The translations under genes were made by a program, and so were the position numbers. A stretch of DNA of 64,000 nt from the human T2T-CHM13v2.0 reference genome, Homo sapiens: the NCBI RefSeq assembly GCF_009914755.1, contig NC_060938.1; one strand, given 5' to 3'. This document shows, one piece after another, positions 35,415 to 57,243 of this stretch; position 1 is the first letter of the stretch, and each line of letters opens with the position of its first letter. Under the pieces are notes generated by a model. The model saw only the letters and a program-made list of their open reading frames with translations, ran no database searches and had not been told where the DNA came from.

Positions 35415-35945
35415 GTTCTCCTCATGTCCTTTATTTAATCAGTCTCTCTAGAAATATTTCCATAGAGAGTGTAACCTTTACCACGTGCAGAAATGCTGCT
35501 CTGTTCCTCTTTCACAAAGATGTCTTCTGGAGACTTCCTTGGCTTAAGGTGCTATTTCCACTTTTTCTGTCAGATGAATTTGTGATATAGAATTAATTGT
35601 AAAATCCACATGAGATTTTATTTAGTAATATTAAATATTATCTGTATATTGCAAATTGAATTTCTAATCTACTGTCTTTGCATGCTTGTTTTTAAATTTT
35701 AATTTCCTGGTGTCAGAGTATGTTCTCAGATTTTGGTCAGAACTTGTCCACCCCTTTCAGAAGCCAAGAACAAACTTACTTACTCTGAAGTCTTGCTTTG
35801 TAATCATTTGCCAATACATATGGCAAATGATCTGATGAATGATTCACATCTTGAAACAACCTGGTTCCACACTATTGGATGCATTGCCACATGAAGACTT
35901 CAGTCAGACCTACCTGAATGTGGCCCTGAACTTGATGGGATCTGT

Positions 35946-35969
35946 GGCTCAGCGGCTCAGCGGCTCAGC
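35946..35969. repeat. (GGCTCAGC)3 tandem repeat in ACOT4 intron 2
   Basis: Three exact 8-mers. Confidence 0.9.
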
Positions 35970-36159
35970 ATTCTCTAGTGGATAATTCTCTGAAATGCTT
36001 ATAACCAGTTTCCAAGTTTTTCAGTGATTTTAAGATGTGTTTGCCATGTGTTCAGCCAGATATTCTGCACATGGGAAGAAACTCCCCTGTCAGCTGAGGT
36101 TGATTTTCTTGTGGATGATTCCCAGATTAAAGCTAGCAGCATCTCTGTTTGCATTTTAG

Positions 36160-36348
<189 letters not shown>

Positions 36349-36558
36349 TAGAGGCGTGCGCCACCACACTCGGCTAATTTTTTTTTGTATTTTTAATAGA
36401 GACAGGGTTCTGCCATGTTGGCCAGGCTGGTCTCAAACTCCTGACCTCAAGTGATCCGCCCGCCTCCGCCTCGCAGAGTGTTGGGATTACAGGCATGAGC
36501 CACCGCACCCAATCTGGATAAGTTATTGACTCAACTCTCCTCTCTTCTTTTCTTCCAG

Positions 36559-37164
36559 GTAAAAGGCCCAGGCATTGGGCTTTTGGGCATTTCTCTAGGA
36601 GCTGATATTTGTCTCTCAATGGCCTCATTCTTGAAGAATGTCTCAGCCACAGTTTCCATCAATGGATCTGGGATCAGTGGGAACACAGCCATCAACTATA
36701 AGCACAGTAGCATTCCACCATTGGGCTATGACCTGAGGAGAATCAAGGTAGCTTTCTCAGGCCTCGTGGACATTGTGGATATAAGGAATGCTCTCGTAGG
36801 AGGGTACAAGAACCCCAGCATGATTCCAATAGAGAAGGCCCAGGGGCCCATCCTGCTCATTGTTGGTCAGGATGACCATAACTGGAGAAGTGAGTTGTAT
36901 GCCCAAACAGTCTCTGAACGGTTACAGGCCCATGGAAAGGAAAAACCCCAGATCATCTGTTACCCTGGGACTGGGCATTACATCGAGCCTCCTTACTTCC
37001 CCCTGTGCCCAGCTTCCCTTCACAGATTACTGAACAAACATGTTATATGGGGTGGGGAGCCCAGGGCTCATTCTAAGGCCCAGGAAGATGCCTGGAAGCA
37101 AATTCTAGCCTTCTTCTGCAAACACCTGGGAGGTACCCAGAAAACAGCTGTCCCTAAATTGTAA
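36559..37164 (+). CDS. ACOT4: ACOT4 coding exon 3, ends in PTS1-type -PKL; total 421 aa
   Basis: Acceptor cttccag|GTA; motifs GISLG, GQDDH, GTGHY; TAA; ATTAAA at 37252-37257. Confidence 0.96.
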
Positions 37165-38057
37165 TGCATTTGTCTGTTGTTGACATGAGAGATTCAAGAT
37201 CAGATTCTAGTGTTCAGTAACCCTATGTGAATCAGATGTCTCCTGGATAACATTAAAGCCATGTCTTTGTCATTAATGGTGTATTTTACGTAACTTTGTT
37301 GAATAAGCTTTGTCGTTAGTTTTACTAATGTAACTTGCTTGTTGTAGAAGATTAAGAGGCATATGACACATATAAGTGAAAAACATTCCCACCAGTTAAC
37401 ATTTGTGTTTCCTTCTAGATTTTTTTAGTTAATGTTTTGAGTCACAGGTGAGCTTTAAAGCTGGTGACTTTTTCCATCACTATGAAAGAATGGTCACTTA
37501 ATGTTTGCTGTTCAACCATCAGTAGCAGGGTAGAATTTTCTTTGGCCAGAAACATACAGAGGGGTGTTAATATGAGGAAAGGCAGCTGACCTTTTCATTA
37601 TAAACGTGAGAGAAGACTCTTTTGACAGGAGGAGATGAGACCTGTCTCTAGAATAGTTAAGTCTGTACTCTCTTCCAAGGGTGAATTACTACGATCTATT
37701 TTCCCTCTCACTTCCTCTCTAAGAGCAGACCCTGGGGCCGAGTACAGTGGCTCACACCTGTAATCCCAGTACTTTGGGAAGTCAAGGGGGGCATATTGCT
37801 TGAGCTCAGGATTTCATGACCAGCTTAGGCAACATGGCAAAACCCAATCCCTACAAAAATTAGCCAAACATGGTACACACCTGTAGTCCCAGCTACTCGA
37901 GACTCAGATGGGACGATTGCTTGAGCCCGGGAGGTCAAGATTGGTGCAGTGAGCCGTGATTGCACCACTGCACTCCAGCCCAGGTAACACAGCGAGACCC
38001 CGTTTCAAAAGAAAAAAAAAGAATAGAACTTGGAAAATCGTACTGTGGTAACCCTAG

Positions 38058-38412
<355 letters not shown>

Positions 38413-38877
38413 TAGCATTTATTAATATAAGCGTATTTGAAAAGATAATGGCTGAGAAATTTCCAAAACTGATGTCAAAGACATCAAGCCACATATTCAA
38501 GAAGAATTGTAAATGCCAGGCAGAATAAATACAAAGAAAAACTACGCTTATCACAGTAAAACTGTTTATGGTAATTTTATTTTATTTATTTATTTATTTA
38601 TTTATTTTTTTGAGATAGAGTCTGGCTCTGTCACCCAGGCTGGAGTGCAATGGCGCAATCTCAGCTCACTGCAAGCTCCGCCTCCCAGGTTCATGCCATT
38701 CTCCCTGCCTCAGCCTCCCAAGTAGCTGGGACTACAGGTGCCCGCCACCACGCCTGGCTAATTTTTTGTATTTTTAGTAGAGACAGGGTTTCGCCATGTT
38801 AGCCAGGATGGTCTCGATCTCCTGACCTCGTGATCCACCCGCCTCGGCCTCCCAAAGTGCTGGGATTACAGGCGTGA

Positions 38878-39120
<243 letters not shown>

Positions 39121-39143
39121 TGAGAAGGAGTCTTGCTCTGTAG

Positions 39144-39338
<195 letters not shown>

Positions 39339-39695
39339 TGATCCATCTGCCTCGGCTTCCCAAAGTGCTGGGATTACAGGCATTAGCCACCGCGCCTGGC
39401 CTTTTATTTCTTTTGTAGAGATGGGGTTTCGCCATATTGGCCAGGCTGGTCTTTAACTCCTGACCTCAAGTGATCCACCTGCCTCAGCCTCCCAAAGTAC
39501 TGGGATTACAGGTGTGAGCCACTGCACCAGGCTTGTTTATGGTAATTTTAAAACATAGCTGTAAATTCATTGGCATTTCCCTCATCAAAAGATGGGAGAC
39601 CTGCCGGGTGCAGTGGCTCATGCCTGTAATCCCAGCACTTTGGGAGGCCGAGGTGGGCGGATCATGAGGTCAGGAGATCAAGACCATCCTGGTTA

Positions 39696-39978
<283 letters not shown>

Positions 39979-40408
39979 TCACTAGAGTAGAGCGGCAGTG
40001 ACTTTGCAGGCGAGGTCATAGAACGCCGTGAGGATTCTACCGTGTTTGCCAGGAACACCTGCCTTTGGAGCTTGAGCCACTATGTAAGAAGTTTGGGACA
40101 GGCGCTGTGGCTCATGCCTGTAATCCCAGCACTTTGAGAGGCTGAGGCAGGCAGATCACCTGAGGTCTAGAGTTTGAGACCAGCCTGATCAACATGGTGA
40201 AACCCCATCTCTACTAAAAATACAAAAATTAGGCCAGGCATTGTGGCTTACACCTGTAATCCCAGCACTTCGAGAGGCCAAAGCAGGCGGATCACCTGAG
40301 GTCGGGAGTTCGAGACCAGCCTAACCAACATGGTGAAACCCCATCTCTACTAAAAATACAAAAAAGTAGCCAGGTGTGGTGTTGGGTGCCTGTAATCTCA
40401 GCTACTCA

Positions 40409-40510
<102 letters not shown>

Positions 40511-41918
40511 TCAAAAAAAAAACAAAAAGAAGTTTGACTACCTTGAGGATGTGATGCTGTGATGCTGTGATGAAGCTTAAAATACATGTATAAGCCAACC
40601 ACAGGCACTCCTGTGACAGTCCCAACTGTGGTCAGCGTCTCAGTTATCTCAGCCCAAGTGCCAGACATGTGAGTGAAAAACACCTCCAGATCATCCTAGC
40701 CCCCAGCCATTTAAATCTCGGTGGAGACTTCACATAACCTCCACTGAGCAGTGATGTCCCTCTCAAGCCCTGTCCAAACTGCAGATTTGTGAGCAAAATA
40801 GATTGTTTTTGTTTTATGTGACTATGTTTTCAGGTGTGTTTCAGTTATCTATTGTTGTGTAGCAAACCACCCTAAAACAGCAGCTTAAAACACTAACCAT
40901 GTATTTTTCTCAAGAGTCTGCAAATGGGACAGGACTGGGTAGGAATGGATCACCACTGTTCGAAGTGACACGGGCTGCGGTAATTTGACTGAGGGGTTGA
41001 AACTCAGCCCAAGTAATTAGCAAGAAGGCCCAGATGGAGAGAAATTGAGAACCCCCTAAATCATATCCCTTCCTGAGTTCCCAATTGACAGCCAGCACCA
41101 ACCTCCCTGCCATAAAAGTAGAGTCTCCAAGAGAGCCTAGCAAGCCTAGCAAGCAATTCTGCATGACCTTTGTTCAGCTTTGTCTTGGAAGCTATTATAC
41201 ATACTATCACTCTCCCATGCTCTATTGAACAAGGCAGTCAAAGGCTAACCAAAGTTCAAGGAGAGCATAGTCTGCCTCTTGAAAGGAGAGTGGCAAGGTT
41301 CTGGAGAAGAGCATGTGGAATGGGAAATAATTGTAACCATCTTTGGCAAATACAGTCTGCCTTCTGGCCATACATTCCTCCACATGTAAAATAACACCCA
41401 TTCCTCTTCTATACCCTCTCCCCCAAAAATCTCATTTCATTATAGCATCGCACTCAGGCTGAAGGTCCAATATTTCATCATCTATATCAGATCCAGGTAT
41501 AGATGAGGCTCAGAACAGTCCCTTGGGTATAGCTCCTTGAATATCCTTCTTCTCAATCTGAACGGCTTTGAAACAAACAAGTTAGCTATCCTCACAGATG
41601 CATGTCCATAATACAATGGTGGGAGAAGTATAAGATAACTCCTATAGACAGTCCTGTTCAAAAATGGGGAAAATGTGGCACACAGCTGTCACTAGCCTGT
41701 AGCAACTCTGAAACACACCGGAGAACACGCTGCCAATTCCTTCATTAGTGTTCAATTTACTCTCTGTGAGTTGTTCTCTGTAGCTTTTGGTTCTACCTCC
41801 TGAGTTGAAACCTTTATTTTCCATAAGAAAATGAGTTAGCAATTAAATTTAACCTGCCTCCTAGATGGAAAAGGGGAGTTCAAAGTTCTCTTTTAATTTT
41901 GTATTCTCTGCCTTTTAA

Positions 41919-42211
<293 letters not shown>

Positions 42212-42785
42212 TAGGCCTCCTAAAATGCTGGGATTACAGGCATGAGCCACCACGCCCAGCCAGCCAGAACAATTTTCTTAAAAACTTTGTGGGGTTTTCT
42301 AAAAATCTCAGTGGGTTTCACTCCACTAGACAAAATACACCTCTAGATATCTGTTTAAGAACTTCTCGGCCAGGCGTGCTGGCTCACGCCTGTAGTCCCA
42401 GCACTTTGAGAGGCCAAGGCGGGCGGATCACCTGAGAGGTCAGGAGTTCGAGACCAGCCCGGCCAACATGGCGAAACCCCATCTCTACTAAAAATACAAA
42501 AATTAGCCAGGTGTGGTGGTGCGTGCCTGTAATCCCAGCTACTCAGGAGGCTGAGGCAGGAGAATTGCTTGAACCCAGGAGATGGAAATTGCAGTAAGCC
42601 GAGATTGTACCACTGCACTCCAGCCTGGATGACAGAGTGAGACTCTGTCTCCAAAAAAAAGAAAATGACAATTAAATGAAATATTTTTGTAAGTGTTTAA
42701 ATGACCCATCAGGTAAATGTACCTGAAGCTTTGACTGTCTTCCCAAAAATATGGATTTGACAAACCAAACATTGGTTATAAACTA

Positions 42786-43088
<303 letters not shown>

Positions 43089-43765
43089 TTAGCAATTTAT
43101 AAGTCAGCAAACCAATATGTATTTAAATTGGATCATTTTGTCTTTTCCATGATGAGTCATAGAAACCATAACCTTTAATAACAAAACCTTTAGGGACTCA
43201 GGAAAGACAAGGCAGCCATCCTGGTTCTCCATGAGTCCATGCTTAACATTGGACTTATGTCCTCTTGAATACCAGTTATTTCTCTAATTTAGGTGCATAG
43301 CACTGATAACCAATGGGTTTTTACAGATAATTTATCTTAGACCATGGAATTCAAATGATTTTAAATAGTAATAGTTAAAACACTTCTGACAAGGAGAGCT
43401 GGTTATTTCTGTGGTCTACAATAACAACATAATTATGCTTTTTTTTTTTTAATCTTATTTCATTTTTTTGAGACGGAGTCTAAATCTGTTGCCCAGGCTG
43501 GAGTGCAGTGGTGTAATCTCGGCTCACCACAACCTCCACCTCCTGAGTTCAAGCGATTCTCCTGCCTCAGCCTCCTAAGTAGCTGGGACTACAGGCACGG
43601 GCCACCGTGCCTGGCTAATTTTCGTATTTTCAGTAGAGACGAGGTTTCACTATGTTGGCCAGGTTGGTCTTGAACTCCTGACCTTGTGATCCGCCCGCCT
43701 CGGCCTCCCAAAGTGCTGGGATTACAGGCATGAGCCACTGCACCTGGCCTAACAACATAATTATG

Positions 43766-44176
43766 TGTTGGGAGCCAAAAAGGTCAAAGGGATCATGACC
43801 AACCTAGCATTCCACTGGAGGCTATATGATTTATCATGAATGCAGGATGTGGGCAAACTCGCTTCTGTGCCTGCCCCAGAAGATTTGCTGAGGGCAATCG
43901 CTTCCTGGTGCCGAGCTCCTTGAGGTTATTTACTGGGACATCTAGAGAATGCAGTCTTACAAGACTACTGTAGACCAAGCAGCTGGTCCCTTCTTCCACC
44001 CCGCTTCTCACTATCTTTTTTGCCTAATAAATACAGAGGGCTGTGTAAAGCTCAGGGCCCTTGTCCACTAGAGGCAAGTTGCCTCCTGACTCCTTCTTCC
44101 AAACATATTCTTTTGTCTCTTTATTCCCGCGTTCTCCCCGCTTTGTTCAGTCCCCCAGGGATCCTGGCAGGCTACA
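43766..44176 (+). mobile_element. LTR3B-like (HERV-K3/HML-6) solo LTR
   Basis: TGTTGGGAGCCAAAAAGGTCAAAGGGATC...GGCAGGCTACA; exact 6-bp TSD ATTATG (43760-43765, 44177-44182). Confidence 0.85.
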
Positions 44177-44826
44177 ATTATGATTGATACCATATACTCA
44201 GATGTATTAGAACGTAGAAATTCCATACAATTTTGGAACATATATTAATATCATTCACTAAAATATAACTTGAAGAAGAGTAAATCTTTTTTTTATTTTG
44301 ACAATGCTTCCCATGTAACTAACCACGTCAAATAATCCTGTTTACCTCTCTTTTAAATGCTTCAGGGGCCCTCTGTAGCATCTCAAATTTAGAGATGAGA
44401 AAAGACAATTCTGAGGCTGAAATTTGATTTTGGGAAGCCTGTTAAATATGTTAAAGGTTTACAAAAATGTACATTCCCATGCCTTCTTACAATCTTTTAC
44501 CAAAAACACATTTTACTCTCCTCACACACCTTGCATGTAAAACTATTTTTAGTAGTCTTAATTGTATGTTACAATGATGACTCTTAGCAATTTTTAATTT
44601 TAATGTAAAACCTGGTAACTTATTTTAATTATGTACTAGGTACAAATATGGTCTGACTCTTTCCAGCACAGCTGGGGGCGTGGTTAATTCCATATGTCCC
44701 CAGGCCTTACCAAGCTGTAAAGCAGGCAAGTTGAACTATTTTCAAAAGCCAAAGAAGCAGTTTATGACCTTAAATAATTTGGCAAACCTAATATTTGAAC
44801 GTAATTTAGAACACGTTTACATTTGA

Positions 44827-45048
<222 letters not shown>

Positions 45049-45265
45049 TAGACAGGGTTTCACCATGTTAGCCAGGATGGTCTCGATCTCCTGACCTCAT
45101 GATCCACCCACCTCAGCCTCCCATATTTTACTAATAATCTTTAAAACTGCTTTTATTTCCCAAAGACTACTAAAGTCACATGAACTAAAAGGCATTATAG
45201 TTTTTTTCTTTCAAAACATTTGATCGAAGTGCTTATTTTTCTTTTCTTTTCTTTTTTTTTTTTAG

Positions 45266-45367
<102 letters not shown>

Positions 45368-45653
45368 TGAGTAACTGGGACTACAGGTGCGCAGCACCAC
45401 ACCCAGCTAATTTTTGTATTTTTAGTAGAGACAGGGTTTCACCATTTTGGCCAGGATGGTCCAGATCTCTTGACCTCATGATGTGCCTGCCTTGGCCTCC
45501 CAAAGTGCTGGGATTACAGGTGTGAGCCACCATGGCCGGCAGGTGCTTATTCTTCTTTAAGCCAATTAATCAGAGTCCTTTTATGCAAACATCACACACA
45601 TAACACATATATACAACTACACAAACAGACAGAAGAAAATCCAGTAGTTGTAA

Positions 45654-46176
<523 letters not shown>

Positions 46177-46788
46177 TAGTAGAGAAGGGGTTTCAACATG
46201 TTGGTCAGGTTGGTCTCGAACTCCTGACCTCAAATGATCCACCAGCCTTGGCCTCCCAAGTGCTGGGATTACAGGCGAGAGCCACCATGCCCAGCTAGCC
46301 AGTTTCTTAATTGGATTACTGGCCTCAGGGTGGAGCCCTTCAAGAAACAGGGGCAAGGAAAACATGCAGTTTCTAAGGTCTAATAAGCAGGCACAGCTGG
46401 AAGACAAAAACAGATTTTGAGAGGGATCTATCCACTTTTAATTCTTGGGGTTTCATAAGGAAAACAGAGGGTTTCCCAAAACAGGGTCTTGTGGCACCTC
46501 CTGTTTTTCCCAATGAGTCCCAGGCTACCAGAAGTTATCTTAGTGCTTCTCATGTGTGCATAAGAGTGGCAAGACAAAACGGAGAAAAATAATTCAGTTA
46601 ACTGAGAAGAAAAAAAAAAAACCTTTTTCCAGCAAAACAAGATCCAAGAAGAAAAAAAAACATAAGGGCCCTTTAGATATATCTATAGTTTGGATATCCA
46701 CTTTCAATTAAGCTGACTTTTAACCATAGTGCTCTTTTAAAAAAAGTCCTTTTAAATGTCTTATTACCCGACTCTAGCCATGCAAGAT

Positions 46789-48118
<1,330 letters not shown>

Positions 48119-48603
48119 AAACTGCCAATATGTCTGGCTTTTGAGCCTTACCAAAGGTAACCTCCCAGGTGCACAGAGAAAGGAAAATTCAAAATGATTC
48201 ATGGAGGGGAAGAGAATCAACAAATGGTAAACATCACTCAGATATCAAACCAATCAGGACTCCTTCCCTGAGCCCGGAATTGAACCTAGGCCACTGTGCG
48301 AGAGATCACACAGTGATCTTAGCTACTGAGCTACAGCACTGGGCAGTCTTCATTCACCTTCCCAGAAGGAGTCTAGAGTAGTTGATTCTGAGCTTGCAAA
48401 GGCTTTTAACTACTCAATAATTTTTAGAGCTAACTATAACATGATCCCCCAAATTTCTGTTCACTGGAAGGTGGAGACCAAGAGGAAGTACCATCTTGTG
48501 GTTACAACGTCAAGCTCTCAAGGTCATAAAACAAGATGGAGGCCAGGCACTGTGGCTCACGCCTGTAATCCCAGCACTTTGGGAGGCCGAGGTGGGTGGA
48601 TCA

Positions 48604-50610
<2,007 letters not shown>

Positions 50611-50940
50611 GGTGTAATGCTAACCCTCTGTGTACAGGTTTTGTGAACGATATTGATTGTATGGGGGAGACTGAGCTCATGTCACTATGCCATCAATGAG
50701 AATTGGCTGGTGAATACCAATCCTCCATAGCCATGACTGGGTTGCTGAATAAAATGATGCAGTGTGCATCCAAAAGCTGCCTCTTCCTCTGTGGGTGATC
50801 TGGGAGTGAGCCAAACATGGGATGGACAATGTCATACCTGGAAAGCTGGCAGATGATGGGATCCTGGACATTGGGCATGCTGGGGGTGCTCCTGCATATC
50901 ACCCCTGGGTACAAGAAACATCATTGGGCCAGTAGTCTAA

Positions 50941-51431
<491 letters not shown>

Positions 51432-52199
51432 TGAGCCACCGCGCCTGGCCAGGTTGTTTTAAACAACAGAATTCCTCTACCCTTTTTTTTTTTAGACTAA
51501 TTGGGAGGAGTGTGTGCCACTGCCAACACCTCCTGGTGTACCTGGATAAACACCTCAGGCATGGTGGAGACATAGGTAGAGGATCTGGAAGCAGGCCTAC
51601 TGGTTGCAGTCAGAGTGGCTACCTAAAGAATCTTTCTTGGACCTCAAAACTTCTTGCCTGGATCACTAGGACTTGGGGGTAGGCCACAGCTCCAAGCAAG
51701 CCTGATCATCCTGCTTATTATAGTAGTCTCCTGGGCCTAATGCAATATATTCCGGCCATGGCTTAACAATGTTGCACCGAGATTGTTTCAGTCAAGTGTC
51801 GCTTTTTTTTTTTTTTCTTTTAGAGGGAGTCTTGCTCTGTCGCTCAGGCTGGAGAGCAGTGGCGAGATCTCGGCTCACTGCAATCACCACCTCCCGGGTT
51901 CAAGCAATTCTCCTGCCGCCGCCTTCTGAATAGCTGGGATTACAGGCGCGTGCTGCCACGTTCAGCTAATTTTTGTATTTTTAGTAGAGACAGGGTTTCA
52001 CCATGTTGGCCAGGCTGGTCTCAAACTCCTGACCCCAAGTCATCCGCCCCCCTCGGCCTCCCAAAGTGCTGGGATTACAGGCATTAGCCACCGTGCCCGA
52101 CCAAGGTGCCATATTAATATGATCAGACAAACCTCTGCCTCCAGATCCTGGGGGTCTGGAGGGCATATGAAATGTACTAGGTTTACTAAAGGAGGTATC

Positions 52200-52660
52200 T
52201 GGGTTGGGGATGGACTGCAGGGCAGTTCTCTGGTTGGCCTTGGACTGACTCAGTTCTCCCCTCTTTCTCACTAGTAGTTCTCAAGCATAGAACGTGCTGG
52301 GAATGTAACATCCTGAGAGAGGGACGGACTGGCTGGAATAGCCCTGGCTCTATTCCAGCCCCTCCCTACAAACAGGATGTCTTTCAATGCTTTAACCCAG
52401 CAGTCACATGACCCCAGAGTACAAAACTCAGGGCAGCTGCAGTGCAAGTGGGGCACACACACATGAGATTCCATCACCCAGGCAGCATTCCTGAGCCTTG
52501 GGGGACTGGTTTCCAATGATTCTTAGGCTTCTGTCATTCTTTGCTGCCTATCTGTAAGTAATAAATCCAGTTCATGTAAATTGTTGTATTAAATATATGA
52601 ATGTGTTTTCTCACTGGACTCAGACAAGTTGGTAACCAGCATACAGTGAACTTGCTTCAT
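52200..52660 (+). mobile_element. Old LTR (LTR47-like), about 1.4 kb upstream of ACOT6 exon 1
   Basis: TATA-like GTACAAAA at 52419, AATAAA at 52560, LTR-type end ...GGTAACCAGCATACAGTGAACTTGCTTCA. Family and left boundary are tentative. Confidence 0.5.
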
Positions 52661-53488
52661 AGAGTCTAATACCTTTTTGTTCAGTTTATACATGTTTACT
52701 GAGCTGGGCATCACTATATGCTCTTCTTCCTTCTCCACCCTGCTATGTTCCCAGCTAGGTTGAGCTGTGTGGTTGGGTTTGGCCAAAGAGAGGCATTAGC
52801 AAGATACTGAAAAACAAGAGGAGAGTCAAGGGACTTATAGTCTCCTCCTTCCTGCCACAAACCATAGGTTCCTTCTAAAAAAGGTACAACTCCTATCAGA
52901 CTGCCCCCTTCCCTTGAACCTTCAGATTCAGGGTTCTACACCGAATCTTGTTTCATTGTTTTTGTTTTTAAATCTTGCCCATGCCTTTGTAGATAGTACC
53001 TTTATAAAACTCTCCTCAATTACACAGGCTGAGAGTGCCACTTGCTTACTGCCAGAACTCTGTATGCATACAACCCAAAATGGACTCTGCCAGTGATTAG
53101 ATTTGTGAGGTAAGAAACAAAACAAAACTTTCACTGGGTACTAACCTACAGGTGTGTCAGTGTAGTGTTTTTACACATTAGCCCATTTAATGGTCACAAT
53201 AAGCCTTTTCAGATAAGAAAACTGAATTTAGAGGGTTATGTTTCTTGCTAAAGATCACCAGGTATTAATATTAAGGATCAGGGTCAGACCAGAACTCGGC
53301 TAGGTCTGCCTCCCTAAACATCTGCTTTGCTCCAGGTACCATTAGCCCTGGAAAAAAGGCTTGGTAAGGGACTGAGGGGTAAAGGACGGATTACGACCAT
53401 GTTTCTCCAAGGGGTCACCTGAGTACAATCACCTGGGATGCTTTTTCAAAATCTAGATTCTTGGACTGTATCTCTCTCAATCCTTTAG

Positions 53489-53770
<282 letters not shown>

Positions 53771-53919
53771 TGAACTCCTAACCTCAGGTGTGATCCACCC
53801 ACCTCGGCCTCCCAAAGTTCTAGGATCACAGGCGTGATCCACCGCCCCCGGCCGGATTGGTCATTAACTCTTATTTCAGCAGATACTCTTTCATTTGGGA
53901 CACTGGTGTATTTGCACAA

Positions 53920-54700
53920 ATTCTAGGCGCCCCACGCAGCGGCCTGGAGCCTGTCCCCAAGTCCAACCAATGGGAGTAGTGTTAAGGGCTCCGCCCTCGA
54001 CTACTTTCCAGCGCTCGGCAAAGCCGCCAGGCCCGCCCACTGACTCCGCGGAGCTGGGTCGCCCCTGTTCTACCCAGATTGGGATGGCAGCGACGCTGAT
54101 CCTGGAGCCCGCGGGCCGCTGCTGCTGGGACGAGCCGCTGCGCATCGCAGTGCGCGGCCTGGCCCCGGAGCAGCCAGTCACGCTGCGCACGTCCCTGCGC
54201 GACGAAGAGGGCGCGCTCTTCCGGGCCCACGCGCGCTACCGTGCCGACGCCCGCGACGAGCTGGACCTGGAGCGCGCGCCCGCGCTGGGAGGCAGCTTCG
54301 CGGGGCTCCAGCCCATGGGGCTGCTGTGGGCGTTGGAGCCCGAGAAAGCCTTGGTGCGGCTGGTGAAGCGCGACGTGCGGACGCCCTTCGCCGTGGAGCT
54401 GGAAGTGCTGGACGGCCACGACACCGAGCCCGGGCGGCTGCTGTGCCTGGCGCAGAACAAGCGCGACTTTCTCCGGCCGGGGGTGCGGCGCGAGCCGGTG
54501 CGCGCGGGCCCGGTGCGCGCCGCGCTCTTCCTGCCGCCGGATGAGTAGTCTGCCCAGAATTTGGTCGAGCTCTGCGACCCCCACCGGCCCCTTTCCTGTC
54601 CTGGGAATCGCGTGATTGTGGAACATCCCTGAACTTGTTCCTTCGCTCCAGAGTCTGTCATGGATTCTGAGTCTGGGCGTCCGCTGTTGCCCAGGCTGGA
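53920..54700 (+). promoter_or_regulatory. ACOT6 promoter/CpG island
   Basis: CCAAT at 53967-53971, GC boxes CCGCCC near 53992 and 54033, CpG-dense exon 1. Confidence 0.65.
54084..54544 (+). CDS. ACOT6: Acyl-CoA thioesterase 6 exon 1; ancestral donor after 54540 is mutated (G|ATGAGT), candidate GT donor at 54545
   Basis: [20 protein letters not shown]...ALFLPPDE; the 457-nt homologous exon is followed by ATGAGTAG. Confidence 0.8.
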
Positions 54701-55086
54701 GTGCCGTGGCTGGATCGTAGCTCACACTGCAGCCTCGAACTCCTGGGCTCAAGTCCTCTCGCCTCAGCCTCCTGAGTAGCTACTCCAGTCTTTCCTTTTT
54801 AAGTTTCACGTCCCTCCCTGGAGGCACCACCACTTTAGCTATGTGCTGAATAGTGCATTCAACTTATTATATATTTATTGAGAGCCACTATGTGCCAGCC
54901 ATGTGGTTTTGTTTGAATACGATATGGGCAAAACCTTAAGCTGATGTGCAAGAAGGATTTTTGCCTCCTTTCACATCAAACTTCCAAAGAAGCTAAAATC
55001 CACAGTATTGGCAATGCCCTTTAATTGTTTAAAAACACACACAAAACTGCCTGACAGTCCTCTCCCTTCTATCATAAACATGCTGT

Positions 55087-55308
55087 ACGTGGTTCTCAAC
55101 CTGCAATGATTAGCCGCCCTCCCTGGGGGAAATTTGGCAATATCTGGAGACATTTGTGGTTGTCATATCTGAAGGGAGAGGTGCTATTGGCATCTAGCAG
55201 GCAGAGGCCAGAGATGCTGCTAAACATTCCACAATGCACAGGACAACCACCAGAACAAAGAATTATCTTGCTGAAAATGTCTGTACTACTGAGGTTGAGG
55301 AACCCTAG
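55087..55308. mobile_element. MER20 hAT-Charlie DNA transposon in ACOT6 intron 1
   Basis: Terminal inverted ends gtggttctcaacc...ggttgaggaaccc and internal tttggcaatatctggagacattt. Confidence 0.85.
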
Positions 55309-55403
55309 TCTAAGTAAACACAGGATGTTTGCTAGGTAAAGGTAGCCCAGAAAGAAGACTCCTGATTAATCCCTTCTAACTAAATTCCTGACTTAAACCT
55401 CTA

Positions 55404-55834
<431 letters not shown>

Positions 55835-56056
55835 TTAGCCTTAACTCGTGGCTGCCCACTGTACTGTGAATTCCTGGGGCTGGAATTGGGTCTTACAGAT
55901 TTCTAAATATCCATGTTCCTAGAGGCTTTCGCAAGGATATAGTAGGAGCTCAATAAATCATACTGACTGGGCCAGGCGCAGTGGCTCACACCTGTAATCC
56001 TAGCACTTTGGGAGGCTGAGGTGGGTGGATCACTTGAGGCCAGGAGTTCAAGACTA

Positions 56057-56293
<237 letters not shown>

Positions 56294-56313
56294 TCAACTA
56301 AAACCTTTCATTA

Positions 56314-56598
<285 letters not shown>

Positions 56599-56736
56599 TC
56601 AAAAAAAAAAACAAGGCGGCCAGGCGCGGTGGCTCACGCCTCTAATCCCGGCACTTTGGGAGGCCAAGGTGGGTGGATCACGAGGTCAGGAGTTCAAGAC
56701 CAGCCTGGCCAAGATGGTGAAACCCTGTCTCTACTA

Positions 56737-56976
<240 letters not shown>

Positions 56977-57081
56977 TTACGCCTGTAATCCCAACACTTC
57001 GGGAGGCCAAGGTGGGCGGATCATCTGAGGTCAGGAGTTTGAGACCAGCCTCACCAACATGGTGAAACCCCATCTCTACTA

Positions 57082-57243
<162 letters not shown>

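Noticed and set aside
53895-54083. Open frame upstream of ACOT6 Met1 with in-frame ATG at 53970, resembling an ACOT2-type extension
   Set aside because: No similarity to the ACOT2 presequence; the ATG overlaps the CCAAT box and probably lies upstream of the TSS.
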